From contig DAOQAL010000002.1 of the NCBI GenBank assembly GCA_035353995.1, positions 99,762 to 163,761 of the forward strand: a stretch of DNA of 64,000 bases, given 5' to 3'. How positions within the stretch are numbered: the stretch's first letter is position 1; each line of letters opens with the position of its first letter. Made by a program: the position numbers and the translations under genes. This stretch comes from Minisyncoccota bacterium (lineage in GTDB: Bacteria > Patescibacteriota > Minisyncoccia > Phycocordibacterales > UBA9973). Shown piece by piece: positions 37,445-47,544 of the stretch. The notes under the pieces are model-generated. The model saw only the letters and a list, made by a program, of their open reading frames with translations, was not told where the DNA came from and did not search any database.

Positions 37445-39676
37445 TTATAACTTAATTTTAGAAATTTTGTGTGGATTGTGATTGATGCAAGCTTTATTCG
37501 AGCATCTTTCTGGTATTGTTTTTGTTCCTTCCATCATTAAGCTACCGCATTTTTTACAAATTTTTCCAGTTGGTTTTGCTTTCATTGCAAATTTACAATC
37601 AGGATAATTTAAACAAGAATAAAAAACTCCAAATCTGCCACGCCTTTCACTTATTTCTCCATTTTTACATTCTGGACACATAACACCAGTTTTTTTCTTT
37701 GCTTCTTCTGCTTCATCTTTTTTTATAAATTTACATTTTGGGTATCTTGAACATGAAATAAAAGATCCAAATCTTCCTTGGCGTATTACTAATTTTCCGC
37801 CACCTTTAGGTGGTTTTTTATCTCCACATAAAGGACAAATTTCTCCAGTTTCTTTTGGTCCTTCCATTTTTTCACCATTAATCATCAATGCACCATCGCA
37901 GTCTGGATATTTAGAACACGAATAAAATTTTCCACTTCTTGAAAGTTTTATTATCATTGAGCTACCACATTTAGGACATTTTATTTCTTTTGGAGCTTCT
38001 CCTAAATTTGTTGCTTTCTCTAATTTTTCTTTTGATTTTACTTCTTTTGTAAACGGACCATAAAAATCTTTTAATGTTTTTTCGTATTCTCTTTCTCCTC
38101 TAGAGATTTCATCCAATTCATCTTCCATTTCAGCAGTAAATGTATCAGAAATATATTTTGAAAAATTATTTTCTAAGAAATCTGATACAACTTCGCCAAC
38201 ATCAGTAGGGAACAATGTTCTACCTTCTTTTCTTACATAACCTCTATCTTCTAATGTTTTCATTATTGAAGCGTATGTTGAAGGTCGTCCTATGTCTCTT
38301 GATTCAAGTTCTTTAACTAATCCAGCTTCAGAATATCTATTTGGTGGTTCTGTAAATTTTTCTTCATTTGTTAGTTTTATTAATTTTAAATTATCTCCTT
38401 CTTTCATTTTTGGAAGTTCTACATCTTCTCCTTTTCCATCACGATCTACTTCTAACCATCCTGCGAAAAGAGTACGTGAACCATTAGCTACAAATTCTGG
38501 TAATCCTGTTCCATCTTTTTCTTTATCTTTATTTTCTTCAATTTTTACTGAAATTTTTGTTTTTAATAATTTTGCATCTGTCATCTGTGAAGAAACTGTC
38601 CTTTCCCAAATTAGTTTATATAATTTTTCTTGTTCTTCATTTCCAGCATTTATATTTTCTATATGTGTTGGTCTTATTGCTTCATGAGCTTCTTGAGCGT
38701 TTTTTGATTTTGTTTTATAAATTCTTATTTGTGCATATTCTTTTCCATATTTTTTTTCAACAAGTGAGACGATTTGCATTTGCGCAACTTTAGATAAATT
38801 TGTGCTATCTGTTCTCATATATGTAATATGTCCAGCTTCGTAAAGTTTTTGTGCAATTTGCATTGTACGAGAAGGGGAATATCCTAAACGTGAACTTGCT
38901 GTTTGTTGCAAAGTAGAAGTCGTAAAAGGAGCACGAGGTGATCTTTTTTGTTCTGTTTCCTTAACTTCAGAAACAATCCATTTACCTTTTTCTCCTATTG
39001 AAATAATTTTTTCTACAAGTTTTTCATCGCGTGGTTCTTCTTTACACTCTAAAATTATTTTTTCTTTTTTTTCTGTTTCAAATAAACCAAAAACTCTCCA
39101 ATATTTTTCTGGTACGAATGCTCTAATTTCTCTTTCTCTTTCCATTATTATACGAAGAGCTGGAGATTGAACACGTCCAGCAGAAAGCCCATAGCGAACC
39201 TTTTTCCAAATTAATCCAGAAAGATCATATCCTACTAGTCTATCTAAAACACGTCTTGCTTCTTGAGCTTTAACTAATTTCATATCAATTTCCCCAGGAT
39301 TTTTTATTGCTTCTTCTACGGCTTCTTTAGTTATTTCAAAAAACGATACTCTTTTTATTGGAGCTTTTACTTTTTTATCTTTATTTAATAATTCTTCTAT
39401 ATGCCAAGCTATTGCTTCACCTTCGCGGTCTGGGTCTGTTGCTAGCATAATTTCATTTGCTTTTTCTGCTAGAGTTTGTAATTCATGCACTACTTTTTCT
39501 TTTCCTTTTGAAATTTCATAATTAGGAATAAAACCATTTTCTATATCAATTGCTTTTTTATTTGATTTAGGCAAATCTCTAATATGTCCTACTGAAGCAC
39601 GCACAGTAAAAGCCCCCTCTAAATATTTCTCAATAGTCTTCGCTTTTGATGGTGATTCTACAATTAAAAGCCTCAT
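37445..39676 (-). CDS. topA: DNA topoisomerase I
   Basis: Toprim N-terminus (LLIVESPSKAKTIEKYLG), an active-site Tyr region and multiple C-terminal C4 zinc ribbons. Confidence 0.9.
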   Translation of the reverse strand: MRLLIVESPSKAKTIEKYLEGAFTVRASVGHIRDLPKSNKKAIDIENGFIPNYEISKGKEKVVHELQTLAEKANEIMLATDPDREGEAIAWHIEELLNKDKKVKAPIKRVSFFEITKEAVEEAIKNPGEIDMKLVKAQEARRVLDRLVGYDLSGLIWKKVRYGLSAGRVQSPALRIIMEREREIRAFVPEKYWRVFGLFETEKKEKIILECKEEPRDEKLVEKIISIGEKGKWIVSEVKETEQKRSPRAPFTTSTLQQTASSRLGYSPSRTMQIAQKLYEAGHITYMRTDSTNLSKVAQMQIVSLVEKKYGKEYAQIRIYKTKSKNAQEAHEAIRPTHIENINAGNEEQEKLYKLIWERTVSSQMTDAKLLKTKISVKIEENKDKEKDGTGLPEFVANGSRTLFAGWLEVDRDGKGEDVELPKMKEGDNLKLIKLTNEEKFTEPPNRYSEAGLVKELESRDIGRPSTYASIMKTLEDRGYVRKEGRTLFPTDVGEVVSDFLENNFSKYISDTFTAEMEDELDEISRGEREYEKTLKDFYGPFTKEVKSKEKLEKATNLGEAPKEIKCPKCGSSMIIKLSRSGKFYSCSKYPDCDGALMINGEKMEGPKETGEICPLCGDKKPPKGGGKLVIRQGRFGSFISCSRYPKCKFIKKDEAEEAKKKTGVMCPECKNGEISERRGRFGVFYSCLNYPDCKFAMKAKPTGKICKKCGSLMMEGTKTIPERCSNKACINHNPHKISKIKL

Positions 39677-39715
39677 TAAACTTAAGTATTACACGAAATA
39701 TAATTTTTTAGCAAA

Positions 39716-40591
39716 TCATATCAATTTTATTTCTCCTAATTCTTCTTTTATTATCTCTTTTATTTCCATTATAGAAAGTAAAGAATTTGCTGTTGCTATA
39801 GGCATTTTCATTGCTCTTATAAGTTCATCTCTTGGCATAGGTTCACGTAAAATTTTTACAACCATTTTTTCTTCAGGAGAAATATCTTCAAAAAGTTTTG
39901 CTTGTCTATCTTCGTCTTTTTCTTTTTCAAAACCAAGAGCTTCTAGAACATCTTCTGCAGAAGTTACTGGTGTTGCACCTTGTTTGATTAATTTATTAGT
40001 TCCTTTTGAATTTAAACAAAAAATTGATCCTGGAACTGCAAGTAAATCTCTATTATATTCAGTTGCTAATCTCGCTGTAATTAAAGTTCCAGATTTTTCT
40101 TCTGCTTCAATTACAAGTATTGCTTTTGAAATGCCTGCCATTAATCTATTACGCATTGGGAAAGACCATTGAGTTGCTTTAAAATCTGGTTCAAATTCTG
40201 AAATTAAACATCCACCACTTTCTACAATATCTTTTACTAAACGAACATTTGTTTTTGGATACATAGCTTCGTCTGAAAGTCCTGAGCCTGGAAAAACTAT
40301 AGTTTTTAAACCTACCTGCATTGCTTTTTTATGTGCTATCGTGTCTATGCCCATAGCAAAGCCAGAGACTATAACTATTGGATAACCCTTAAGACCATTT
40401 ATTATTTTTTCACAAGCTTCTTTTCCGTAAGATGTAAATTTTCTTGAACCAACAACACATAAATAAATTAAATCTTTATTTTGTTTTGGCAGATCGCCAA
40501 TAATCCAAAGATTTTCTGGTGGTTGTGGTATTTCCATTAAAGCATTGGGAAATTGTTTTTTTGGTAATTTTTGAATTTTCATATATTGCAA
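39716..40591 (-). CDS. dprA: DNA processing protein DprA (Smf)
   Basis: Rossmann-like region with GSRKFTSYG and IVSGFAMGIDTIAH. Length 291 aa. Confidence 0.8.
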   Translation of the reverse strand: MQYMKIQKLPKKQFPNALMEIPQPPENLWIIGDLPKQNKDLIYLCVVGSRKFTSYGKEACEKIINGLKGYPIVIVSGFAMGIDTIAHKKAMQVGLKTIVFPGSGLSDEAMYPKTNVRLVKDIVESGGCLISEFEPDFKATQWSFPMRNRLMAGISKAILVIEAEEKSGTLITARLATEYNRDLLAVPGSIFCLNSKGTNKLIKQGATPVTSAEDVLEALGFEKEKDEDRQAKLFEDISPEEKMVVKILREPMPRDELIRAMKMPIATANSLLSIMEIKEIIKEELGEIKLI

Positions 40592-40636
40592 TATTTACCT
40601 TTTGTAATTATACCAATTTTCGTATATAATGAATAC

Positions 40637-41902
40637 ATGCTAGATATTAAATTTATTCGCGAAAACAAAGAGATTGTAAAAAATGGCGCGAAAAAGAAAA
40701 AAATTGATATTGATATAGACAAACTCGTAACTCTTGACGATGAAAGGTTAAAAGTTCTTAAAGAGGTTGAAGATCTAAGAAGCGAAGTAAACAGAGTATC
40801 AAATGAAATAGTTCGTAATCAAAATGAAGCGCATAAGGTTCAGCTAATTGAAGAGATGCGTACAGTAAAAGAAGAAATAAAAAATAAAGAAGAAAAATTA
40901 AAAAGTATAGTAGAAGAATGGCAAAAATTAATGGTACAAGTTCCTAATGTTCCAGATGTGTCTGTACCAGAAGGAGATAGTGACGAACAAAATCAAGAAT
41001 TAAGAGTTTGGGGTGAAAAAATTAGATTTGATTTTGTTCCTAAAGATCATGTTGCTATTTTAGAAAATTTAGATTTGGCTGATTTTGGACGAGGCACAAA
41101 AGTTTCAGGCTTTAGAGGTTATTTTATGAAAAATGACGGAGCTCTTTTATTTTTTGCTCTATGGCAATATTTTTTAGATTACTTTGTAAGTCAAGGATAT
41201 ACTCCTATAATAGCTCCTTCTCTTGTAAGAAAAGAAACATTATTCGGAACAGGATATTTACCACAAGGAGAAGACGATCTTTATAAGACACAAGACGGGG
41301 ATTATCTTGCTGGTACTGCTGAAGTTTCTGTTATGTCATATTATTCAGGAGAAGTTTTACAAAAAGAATCATTACCAAAAAAGTTTATTGCTTTTTCACC
41401 TTGTTTTAGAAGAGAAGCTGGAGCTCATGGAAAAGATGTAAAAGGCATAATCAGAGTTCATGAATTTTTCAAATTAGAACAAATTTTATTATGTGAAGCT
41501 GATCATGAAATTTCTGTTAAGCTCCATGAGGAAATAACAAGACATGTTGAACATTTGATGCAAGAATTAAAATTACCATATAGACTTGTTGTTAATTGTG
41601 GTGGAGATCTTGGTCTAGGACAGGTCAAAAAATATGACATAGAAGCTTGGATGCCATCTCAAAATAAATACAGAGAAACGCATTCATCATCTTATTTCCA
41701 TGATTTTCAAAGTAGAAGATTAAATATTAAATATAAAGATGAAAATGGTAAATTAAAATATGTTCATTCTTTAAATAATACAGCTTGTGCTACATCAAGA
41801 TTACCAGCAGCTATTCTTGAAAATTACCAGCAAGCAGATGGTTCTGTAAGAATTCCAGAAGTTTTAAAAAAATATATGGGAGGAAAAGACTATATTAAAT
41901 AA
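40637..41902 (+). CDS. serS: seryl-tRNA synthetase
   Basis: N-terminal MLDIKFIREN coiled-coil arm and class II motifs. Start is moved to ATG 40637 (MLDIK), directly after a TATAAT; the tracked upstream extension looks spurious. Confidence 0.85.
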   Translation: MLDIKFIRENKEIVKNGAKKKKIDIDIDKLVTLDDERLKVLKEVEDLRSEVNRVSNEIVRNQNEAHKVQLIEEMRTVKEEIKNKEEKLKSIVEEWQKLMVQVPNVPDVSVPEGDSDEQNQELRVWGEKIRFDFVPKDHVAILENLDLADFGRGTKVSGFRGYFMKNDGALLFFALWQYFLDYFVSQGYTPIIAPSLVRKETLFGTGYLPQGEDDLYKTQDGDYLAGTAEVSVMSYYSGEVLQKESLPKKFIAFSPCFRREAGAHGKDVKGIIRVHEFFKLEQILLCEADHEISVKLHEEITRHVEHLMQELKLPYRLVVNCGGDLGLGQVKKYDIEAWMPSQNKYRETHSSSYFHDFQSRRLNIKYKDENGKLKYVHSLNNTACATSRLPAAILENYQQADGSVRIPEVLKKYMGGKDYIK

Positions 41903-41919
41903 GTTTATTTGGAACTTGA

Positions 41920-42777
41920 ATGAAAAATAGAAGTGTTTTAAATTCTCCGCGTCTTGTTGAATTAAGACGTAAAAAACGTAAAGCTGAAAAGAGAAAATTT
42001 TTTCTTTGTTTTATTTTGTTTCTAGTTTTATTTTTTGGTCTTGCTTTTCTTTCTAGAATTCCTGCTATTAATATAAAAGAAGTAAATATTTATGGGAATA
42101 AGATTATAGAAAGTGACGATATAAAAAATTTAGTAATGGAAGAAATCTCGTCAAAATATATTGGACTTTTTTCAAAATCAAATTTTTTAATTTTTCCTAG
42201 ATATCAAATAAAAAAAGATTTAGCTGAAAAATTTAAAAGATTAAAAACTATTTCTCTCGAATTAAAAAATATTAATACTTTAGAAATTTCAGTTTCTGAA
42301 TATGAAGAGAAATATCTTTATTGCGGTGAAAATTCTTTTCCAGCAGAAGGTGTAGAGGAAAAATGCTATTTTCTAGATGATAATGGTTATATTTTTGATG
42401 AAGCACCATTTTTTTCTGGTGAAGTTTATTTCAAATTTTTTGGCAAAACAAATGATGGTGGAATTTTAGGTTCTTCTTTTTCACCTGATAATTTTAAAAA
42501 CTTAATTTTATTAAAAGAAAATTTAGAACAAATGAATTTTAAGCCAGTAGCTTTTTATGTAGATGAAAATGGTGATGGAAATATTTCTTTATCATCTGGA
42601 ACAGAACATAATCCAAAAGTTATTTTTGAATTAGATTCTGATTATCAAAAAATTTCAGAAAATTTGAAATCAGCACTAGATACTGATCCATTAGTTTATA
42701 AAATTAAAGAAAAGTTTTCTTCATTGCTTTATATTGATTTGAGATTTACAAATAAGGTGTATTATAAATTCCAATGA
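41920..42777 (+). CDS. FtsQ/DivIB-like cell division protein (TM anchor plus POTRA-like region)
   Basis: N-terminal basic segment plus a single TM helix, then a POTRA-like VNIYGNKIIESDDIKNLV pattern. Confidence 0.4.
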   Translation: MKNRSVLNSPRLVELRRKKRKAEKRKFFLCFILFLVLFFGLAFLSRIPAINIKEVNIYGNKIIESDDIKNLVMEEISSKYIGLFSKSNFLIFPRYQIKKDLAEKFKRLKTISLELKNINTLEISVSEYEEKYLYCGENSFPAEGVEEKCYFLDDNGYIFDEAPFFSGEVYFKFFGKTNDGGILGSSFSPDNFKNLILLKENLEQMNFKPVAFYVDENGDGNISLSSGTEHNPKVIFELDSDYQKISENLKSALDTDPLVYKIKEKFSSLLYIDLRFTNKVYYKFQ

Positions 42778-43733
42778 TATTAGGATTTTGGAAAAAACTT
42801 AAAAAGCCCTTTTTCTGCTTGGCCCCTATGGCAGATGTTACTGATTCAGCATTTAGAGAAATAATTTCAAAATGTGGTAAACCTGATGTTTTTTGGACGG
42901 AATTTGTTTCTGCCGATGGCCTGTCACATGAAAAAGGACAAAAAAAACTTTTAAAAAATTTAAAATTTTCATCACGAGAACATCCTATTGTAGTACAGAT
43001 TTTTGGTTCTAATATAGAAAATATTAAAAAAGCTTCTCGATTGTGTGCAAAACTTGGTTTTGATGGTATCGATATAAATATGGGTTGTCCAGATAGAACC
43101 ATTGAAAAACAAAATAGTGGATCTGCTATGATAAAAAATAAAGAATTAGCAAAAGAAATAATACAGTCTGCGAAAGAAGGAGCTCCTAAATTGCCTGTAT
43201 CTGTAAAAACTCGTATTGGATATAATAAAGTTGATGAAAGTTGGATTAAATTTCTTTTAGAGCAAAATTTATCAACTTTAACAGTTCATTTACGAACTCG
43301 TAAAGAAATGTCTAAAGTTGGAGCACATTGGGAATATGCAAAAGATATAGTTGAATTACGTAATGAAATAAATAAAGAAACAAAAATAATTTTTAATGGA
43401 GATGTTATAAATCTTGAAGATGCGAAAAAGAAAGCAAAAGAAACTAATTGCGATGGTGTAATGATTGGCAGAGGAATTTTTGGAAATCCATGGCTATTCT
43501 CAAAAAAAACAAATAATAAATTAGAAGAAAAATTAAAAATTTTGATAAAGCATACGAAACTCTTTGAAAAGCATTTTGGTAAAGAAAAAAATTTTTCCAT
43601 AATGAAAAAACATTTCAAAGCGTATGTAAATGGTTTTCTTGGTGCGAAAGAATTGCGAACAGCATTAATGGAAGCAAAAAGTGCTAAAGAAGTAGAAAAA
43701 ATAGTTAATAAATTTCTAAAAAATAAATTTTGA
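42774..43733 (+). CDS. dus: tRNA-dihydrouridine synthase
   Basis: FCLAPMADVTD N-terminus, VQIFG and DINMGCP motifs of the Dus TIM-barrel family. Confidence 0.8.
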   Translation: MILGFWKKLKKPFFCLAPMADVTDSAFREIISKCGKPDVFWTEFVSADGLSHEKGQKKLLKNLKFSSREHPIVVQIFGSNIENIKKASRLCAKLGFDGIDINMGCPDRTIEKQNSGSAMIKNKELAKEIIQSAKEGAPKLPVSVKTRIGYNKVDESWIKFLLEQNLSTLTVHLRTRKEMSKVGAHWEYAKDIVELRNEINKETKIIFNGDVINLEDAKKKAKETNCDGVMIGRGIFGNPWLFSKKTNNKLEEKLKILIKHTKLFEKHFGKEKNFSIMKKHFKAYVNGFLGAKELRTALMEAKSAKEVEKIVNKFLKNKF

Positions 43734-43766
43734 TAAAAAATTTTTATAGAGTATAATTTTCAAATA

Positions 43767-44849
43767 ATGAGTAAAACAAAAAACGAAAATTTAGCCTTAT
43801 ATCGTAAGTATCGCCCACAAACCTTTAACGAAGTCCTTGGCCAAGATCAGGTAGTAAAAGTGCTAGAAAGCTCTATAAAAGGCGATAAAGTGTCTCATGC
43901 GTACCTTTTTATTGGTTCTAGAGGCACTGGTAAGACTTCTGTTGCAAGAATTTTTGCGAAAGAAATAGGTGTTTCTCAGAATGATATTTATGAAATAGAT
44001 GCAGCCTCAAATCGTAAAATTGATGATATAAAAGAATTGCGTGATGGAGTTAATGTTTTACCATTTGATTCCAAATATAAAATATACATTATTGATGAAG
44101 TTCATATGCTTTCGCATGATGCATGGGGAGCATTACTAAAAACTTTAGAAGAGCCACCAAGGCATGTAATTTTTATTTTAGCTACTACTGAGCTTCATAA
44201 AGTTCCAGATACAATAGTTTCTCGATGCCAAGTTTTTACTTTTAGAAAAGCTTCTGATATTGTTTCAAAAAATATGATTTTGGATATTGTACAAAAAGAA
44301 GGTTATGAAATGGAAGTTGGTGCAGCTGAACTTTTAGCAATATTAGGAGATGGTTCTTATCGAGATGCAATTGGCTATTTGCAAAAAGTTTTGAACTTTA
44401 CTAAAGGTAAAAAAATAAAATTAGAAGAAGTTGAAAAAATTGTTGGCGCACCAAGTACAGTTTTAGTGAATGATTTTATTTCTGCTATTGCTTCTGATTG
44501 TTTAGAAAAGGGGATTGAAGCAGTGAGAAAAGCTTCTATTGAAAATTTAGATATGAAATTATATTTAAAGCGTATTATTCAAAAAATGCGTATGGCAATT
44601 ATTTTGCGTTATGCTCCTAAGCTTGAAAAACAAATGCAAAATGATTTGAGAGAATCAGATTTGGACTTTTTGAAAAATATTTTGCAAGGAGATTCTGTTA
44701 AAAACAGAGTATTTAATTCTGAAACATTATCAATATTACTTGAAGCATATGAAAATATTGATCGATCTTTCGTTTCTGAATTGCCACTGGAAATGGCTTT
44801 AGTAAAGATTTTAAAATCTGAAAAAAATCCAAAGACTAGTAAAGCTTAA
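43767..44849 (+). CDS. dnaX: DNA polymerase III subunit gamma/tau, short (gamma-like, 360 aa)
   Basis: YRPQTFNEVLGQ, HAYLFIGSRGTGKTS (Walker A) and SRCQ motifs. The tau-specific C-terminal domains are absent. Confidence 0.8.
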   Translation: MSKTKNENLALYRKYRPQTFNEVLGQDQVVKVLESSIKGDKVSHAYLFIGSRGTGKTSVARIFAKEIGVSQNDIYEIDAASNRKIDDIKELRDGVNVLPFDSKYKIYIIDEVHMLSHDAWGALLKTLEEPPRHVIFILATTELHKVPDTIVSRCQVFTFRKASDIVSKNMILDIVQKEGYEMEVGAAELLAILGDGSYRDAIGYLQKVLNFTKGKKIKLEEVEKIVGAPSTVLVNDFISAIASDCLEKGIEAVRKASIENLDMKLYLKRIIQKMRMAIILRYAPKLEKQMQNDLRESDLDFLKNILQGDSVKNRVFNSETLSILLEAYENIDRSFVSELPLEMALVKILKSEKNPKTSKA

Positions 44850-45729
44850 AACTTTTAACCATATTTTCTAACAAAGAAGTAATTTTTGTTTTATCAAATT
44901 CTTGTATACCTTGATCAGGTGAGTAGTTGTTTATATTAGTTGAATGAATTGTATATTCTACAGCGTAACATTGATCATTTAAAATTGTTCTATAACTTGT
45001 TGTATCATAATAATTTCCTGCTCCAACATTTTCAAAAGTTATTTTTGTGAATTTTCTATTATTAATTGTGTTTTCTTCCTTGCTACCAATTATCACATTT
45101 TGTGGAGATAAACAATTTTTAATTACTTCTGGATCACTACTTGCTCCAATAGAGAATTTTGCTTCACCAAAATTTGTTTTTGTGAAAAAAGATTGTGGTA
45201 TAGAAACTACAGCAAAAACCATTCCAGAGCCTACATATTCAGCACTCCATTCAGGTGTAAATCCTATATCACCACCATAAAAATTAAATTGTTTTGGAAA
45301 AGAAAAAGAAAAAGTTTTAGAAGAGTCTGTATATGTGTTAAGATCTTTTTCTGCAGTCATAGTTCCTGTAACACATTTGGAATAAATTTGATTATCATTT
45401 TTCATTAAAAAGGCATTTTCTCCTTTGCTCCAAAAAACCAAATTATCCAATTCATATCTAGTTCCATCTGCTGAAATAGAATGTGGTAATATTTTTGTTT
45501 CATTATTAAAGGTTATTGTTACATTTTCTGTTCCATAGATTGCTTCTATTTTTCCTTCTTGGCAATAATATGTAATAGAGTTTGGATTTGAATTAGTTAT
45601 TTCTGGCTGATTACTACTTTCTTGTTTATTTTTAAAGCTCAAAAAATATACTACAGCTAGCAATAAGATTATAAAAAGAGAAGCTATTAAAATAATTTTT
45701 TTCTTTTTCATAGTAGTCAATTGTAACAT
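44836..45729 (-). CDS. membrane-anchored or secreted hypothetical protein
   Basis: N-terminal hydrophobic anchor (KKKKIILIASLFIILLLAVVYF). No recognisable domain. Confidence 0.35.
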   Translation of the reverse strand: MLQLTTMKKKKIILIASLFIILLLAVVYFLSFKNKQESSNQPEITNSNPNSITYYCQEGKIEAIYGTENVTITFNNETKILPHSISADGTRYELDNLVFWSKGENAFLMKNDNQIYSKCVTGTMTAEKDLNTYTDSSKTFSFSFPKQFNFYGGDIGFTPEWSAEYVGSGMVFAVVSIPQSFFTKTNFGEAKFSIGASSDPEVIKNCLSPQNVIIGSKEENTINNRKFTKITFENVGAGNYYDTTSYRTILNDQCYAVEYTIHSTNINNYSPDQGIQEFDKTKITSLLENMVKSFKLY

Positions 45730-45747
45730 GTTTTTAATGACATATTA

Positions 45748-46197
45748 TTATTTTTTCTCAAGAATTTTTTTAAGCTCTACGATAACTGCTTTTTCCCAGT
45801 ATTTCATTGAATACCAACGTATTAGTGGAACAGCGATTATGCGTAACCATTTTTTATGAATGGTGACTTGGTACGTGTAGTCAATTAAAGTCCCTTCTGG
45901 GTGTTCGGAAAGTAATAATTCTTCGTGTCCAGAGGTTCCAAATTGATAACTGTCATTATCTGAAATGTAGCCTTTTCCGGGAAGAATTTGAGTTTTCATC
46001 TTCACTTTAAATTTCTTACCAAATGATCGCACTGTTGCTTCCATCTCTAAAAAATTTCCTTCCCATTTATTAATTTGTATTGATTCGGCGACTTTTGGAA
46101 AATACTCCGGAAGTTTTTCGAAGTCTGTCATTATTCTAGATACATCTTCTATGGGAGCTTTAATGACCCATTGTTTGTGAAGTGTTATTTCGTTCAT
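45748..46197 (-). CDS. SRPBCC (START/Bet v1-like, polyketide cyclase/dehydrase-type) domain protein
   Basis: 149 aa. Composition and the N-terminal WVIKAPIEDV...F.KLPEYFP pattern are typical of the family. Confidence 0.5.
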   Translation of the reverse strand: MNEITLHKQWVIKAPIEDVSRIMTDFEKLPEYFPKVAESIQINKWEGNFLEMEATVRSFGKKFKVKMKTQILPGKGYISDNDSYQFGTSGHEELLLSEHPEGTLIDYTYQVTIHKKWLRIIAVPLIRWYSMKYWEKAVIVELKKILEKK

Positions 46198-46199
46198 AT

Positions 46200-46649
46200 T
46201 TAGGTTTGTTTTTTAGAGAATAAATTTAAATAACTATTAGTAATAAATAAAAAGATTATAGCGACAGGAATATATATTATTAATTTTATAGAAACAAGAG
46301 TTATAGCTTCGTAAATAAAAGTGAAAAGATTCTCAGGGACACTTTCAACTGTCGTTATAAAAATAATAGGTAAAAAAGAAATTATTTCAATCAATAATGA
46401 CCAATTAATAATTTTAAAAATTAGTTCATTAATTTTAGAATTATACATTTTTATAACCTCTAAAATAACATAAATAATAACAAACAATCCAAAAACCAAA
46501 CCCCAATTTAATCCAACTTTATAAAAATCCAATGTCTTTCCAGTATAAGAAAATAGGTATTCTAAAAATGTAGGGAAGAACAATACTACTATAATAGTAA
46601 ACTGTAATCTGTTTTGTAGTTCTTTAGCTTTTTCTTTAATAGATTCCAT
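46200..46649 (-). CDS. hypothetical membrane protein
   Basis: 149 aa with about 4 TM helices. Confidence 0.35.
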   Translation of the reverse strand: MESIKEKAKELQNRLQFTIIVVLFFPTFLEYLFSYTGKTLDFYKVGLNWGLVFGLFVIIYVILEVIKMYNSKINELIFKIINWSLLIEIISFLPIIFITTVESVPENLFTFIYEAITLVSIKLIIYIPVAIIFLFITNSYLNLFSKKQT

Positions 46650-46775
46650 AGTTTTTATTATACCAAAACTATGAGTCTTATTCGAATTAAATAATATTAT
46701 TTTTTCTAATATAATTTTCTACTGCTAGTATATCAATCATTTGATATTGGTGATTTTCATCAGCTAATTCTTTTT

Positions 46776-46803
46776 TAGCTAGCAAGGACGGTCCTTGCTA
46801 GTC
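46776..46803. repeat. second palindrome family, copy A (AGCTAGCAAGGAC-G-GTCCTTGCTAG)
   Basis: Seen directly. Eleven-bp perfect arms. It overlaps the stop codon of the 46798 ORF. Confidence 0.7.
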
Positions 46804-47334
46804 AAAATATTCAGGATTCTCTAAATGTATAAGAGCCATAGCAACAGCAGTTTTATTAAAATCTGTTCTATTCATTCTTCCTTTTGTTAATATTTCAATT
46901 ATACCTCCATGTTCTCCTAATTTTTCATGTTCAGTAAGACCAGCTAATTTCGTGGCCTGGCTACCATCTAATCCTTTATTCAATATTCCATCAATAACTT
47001 TTTTTGGCCATTCACATGCAGAAGAAAGTCCTATGTGAATCTTTTTACCATCAAAAATAGCACAAGCAGCAACTTCCATATAGCCTGATTTTGTATATGG
47101 AACTTCCATCAATCCACCTTCAATACCGAAGCCAAAATCATTATCTTTATAAGATTGTTTAGCTCTATCAACAGCCCCCGAAACTGTTTCTTTTATATTT
47201 TTAGGGTGACCAAATTCTTCAATATTTACAGTTACACCAAAAACTTCTGCATCCTTAAACATTGGATAATTTTTTAATAAATCAGAAACAGCATTTATTT
47301 TAGTTTTATTTTTTGAGCCAACACCAATTTTCAT
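46798..47334 (-). CDS. inosine/xanthosine triphosphatase-like (YjjX/DUF84 family) protein
   Basis: 178 aa. Pattern V.IEEFGHP ... GAVDRA ... IEGGL ... GGIIEILTKG ... TAVAMAL is collinear with YjjX-family non-canonical purine NTP phosphatases. Confidence 0.55.
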   Translation of the reverse strand: MKIGVGSKNKTKINAVSDLLKNYPMFKDAEVFGVTVNIEEFGHPKNIKETVSGAVDRAKQSYKDNDFGFGIEGGLMEVPYTKSGYMEVAACAIFDGKKIHIGLSSACEWPKKVIDGILNKGLDGSQATKLAGLTEHEKLGEHGGIIEILTKGRMNRTDFNKTAVAMALIHLENPEYFD

Positions 47335-47450
47335 AAAGTAAGTATATCAGAAATATAAATTAAACTTAATATTCTACAAAAAGATGTATCTAGGATACTA
47401 TATAACTAGAGCTAGAACTTTTTGATTCCTTACCCTGCAATATTATTTTT

Positions 47451-47496
47451 AGCTAGCAAGGACGGTCCTTAGCTAGCAAGGACGGTCCTTGCTAGT
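47451..47496. repeat. second palindrome family, tandem copies (20-nt unit AGCTAGCAAGGACGGTCCTT x2.3) in the divergent promoter region
   Basis: Seen directly, between 46798(-) and 47545(+). Confidence 0.7.
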
Positions 47497-47544
47497 TGCA
47501 TCGTAAGTCTATTATTTTATATTGCTTAGCGATATAATATAAAT

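Noticed and set aside
40571-40636. N-terminal 22-aa extension of serS (MNFHILQYLPFVIIPIFVYNEY) given in the ORF track.
   Set aside because: The conserved SerRS N-terminus begins at MLDIKFIREN (ATG 40637), directly downstream of a TATAAT. The extension would also overlap dprA on the other strand.
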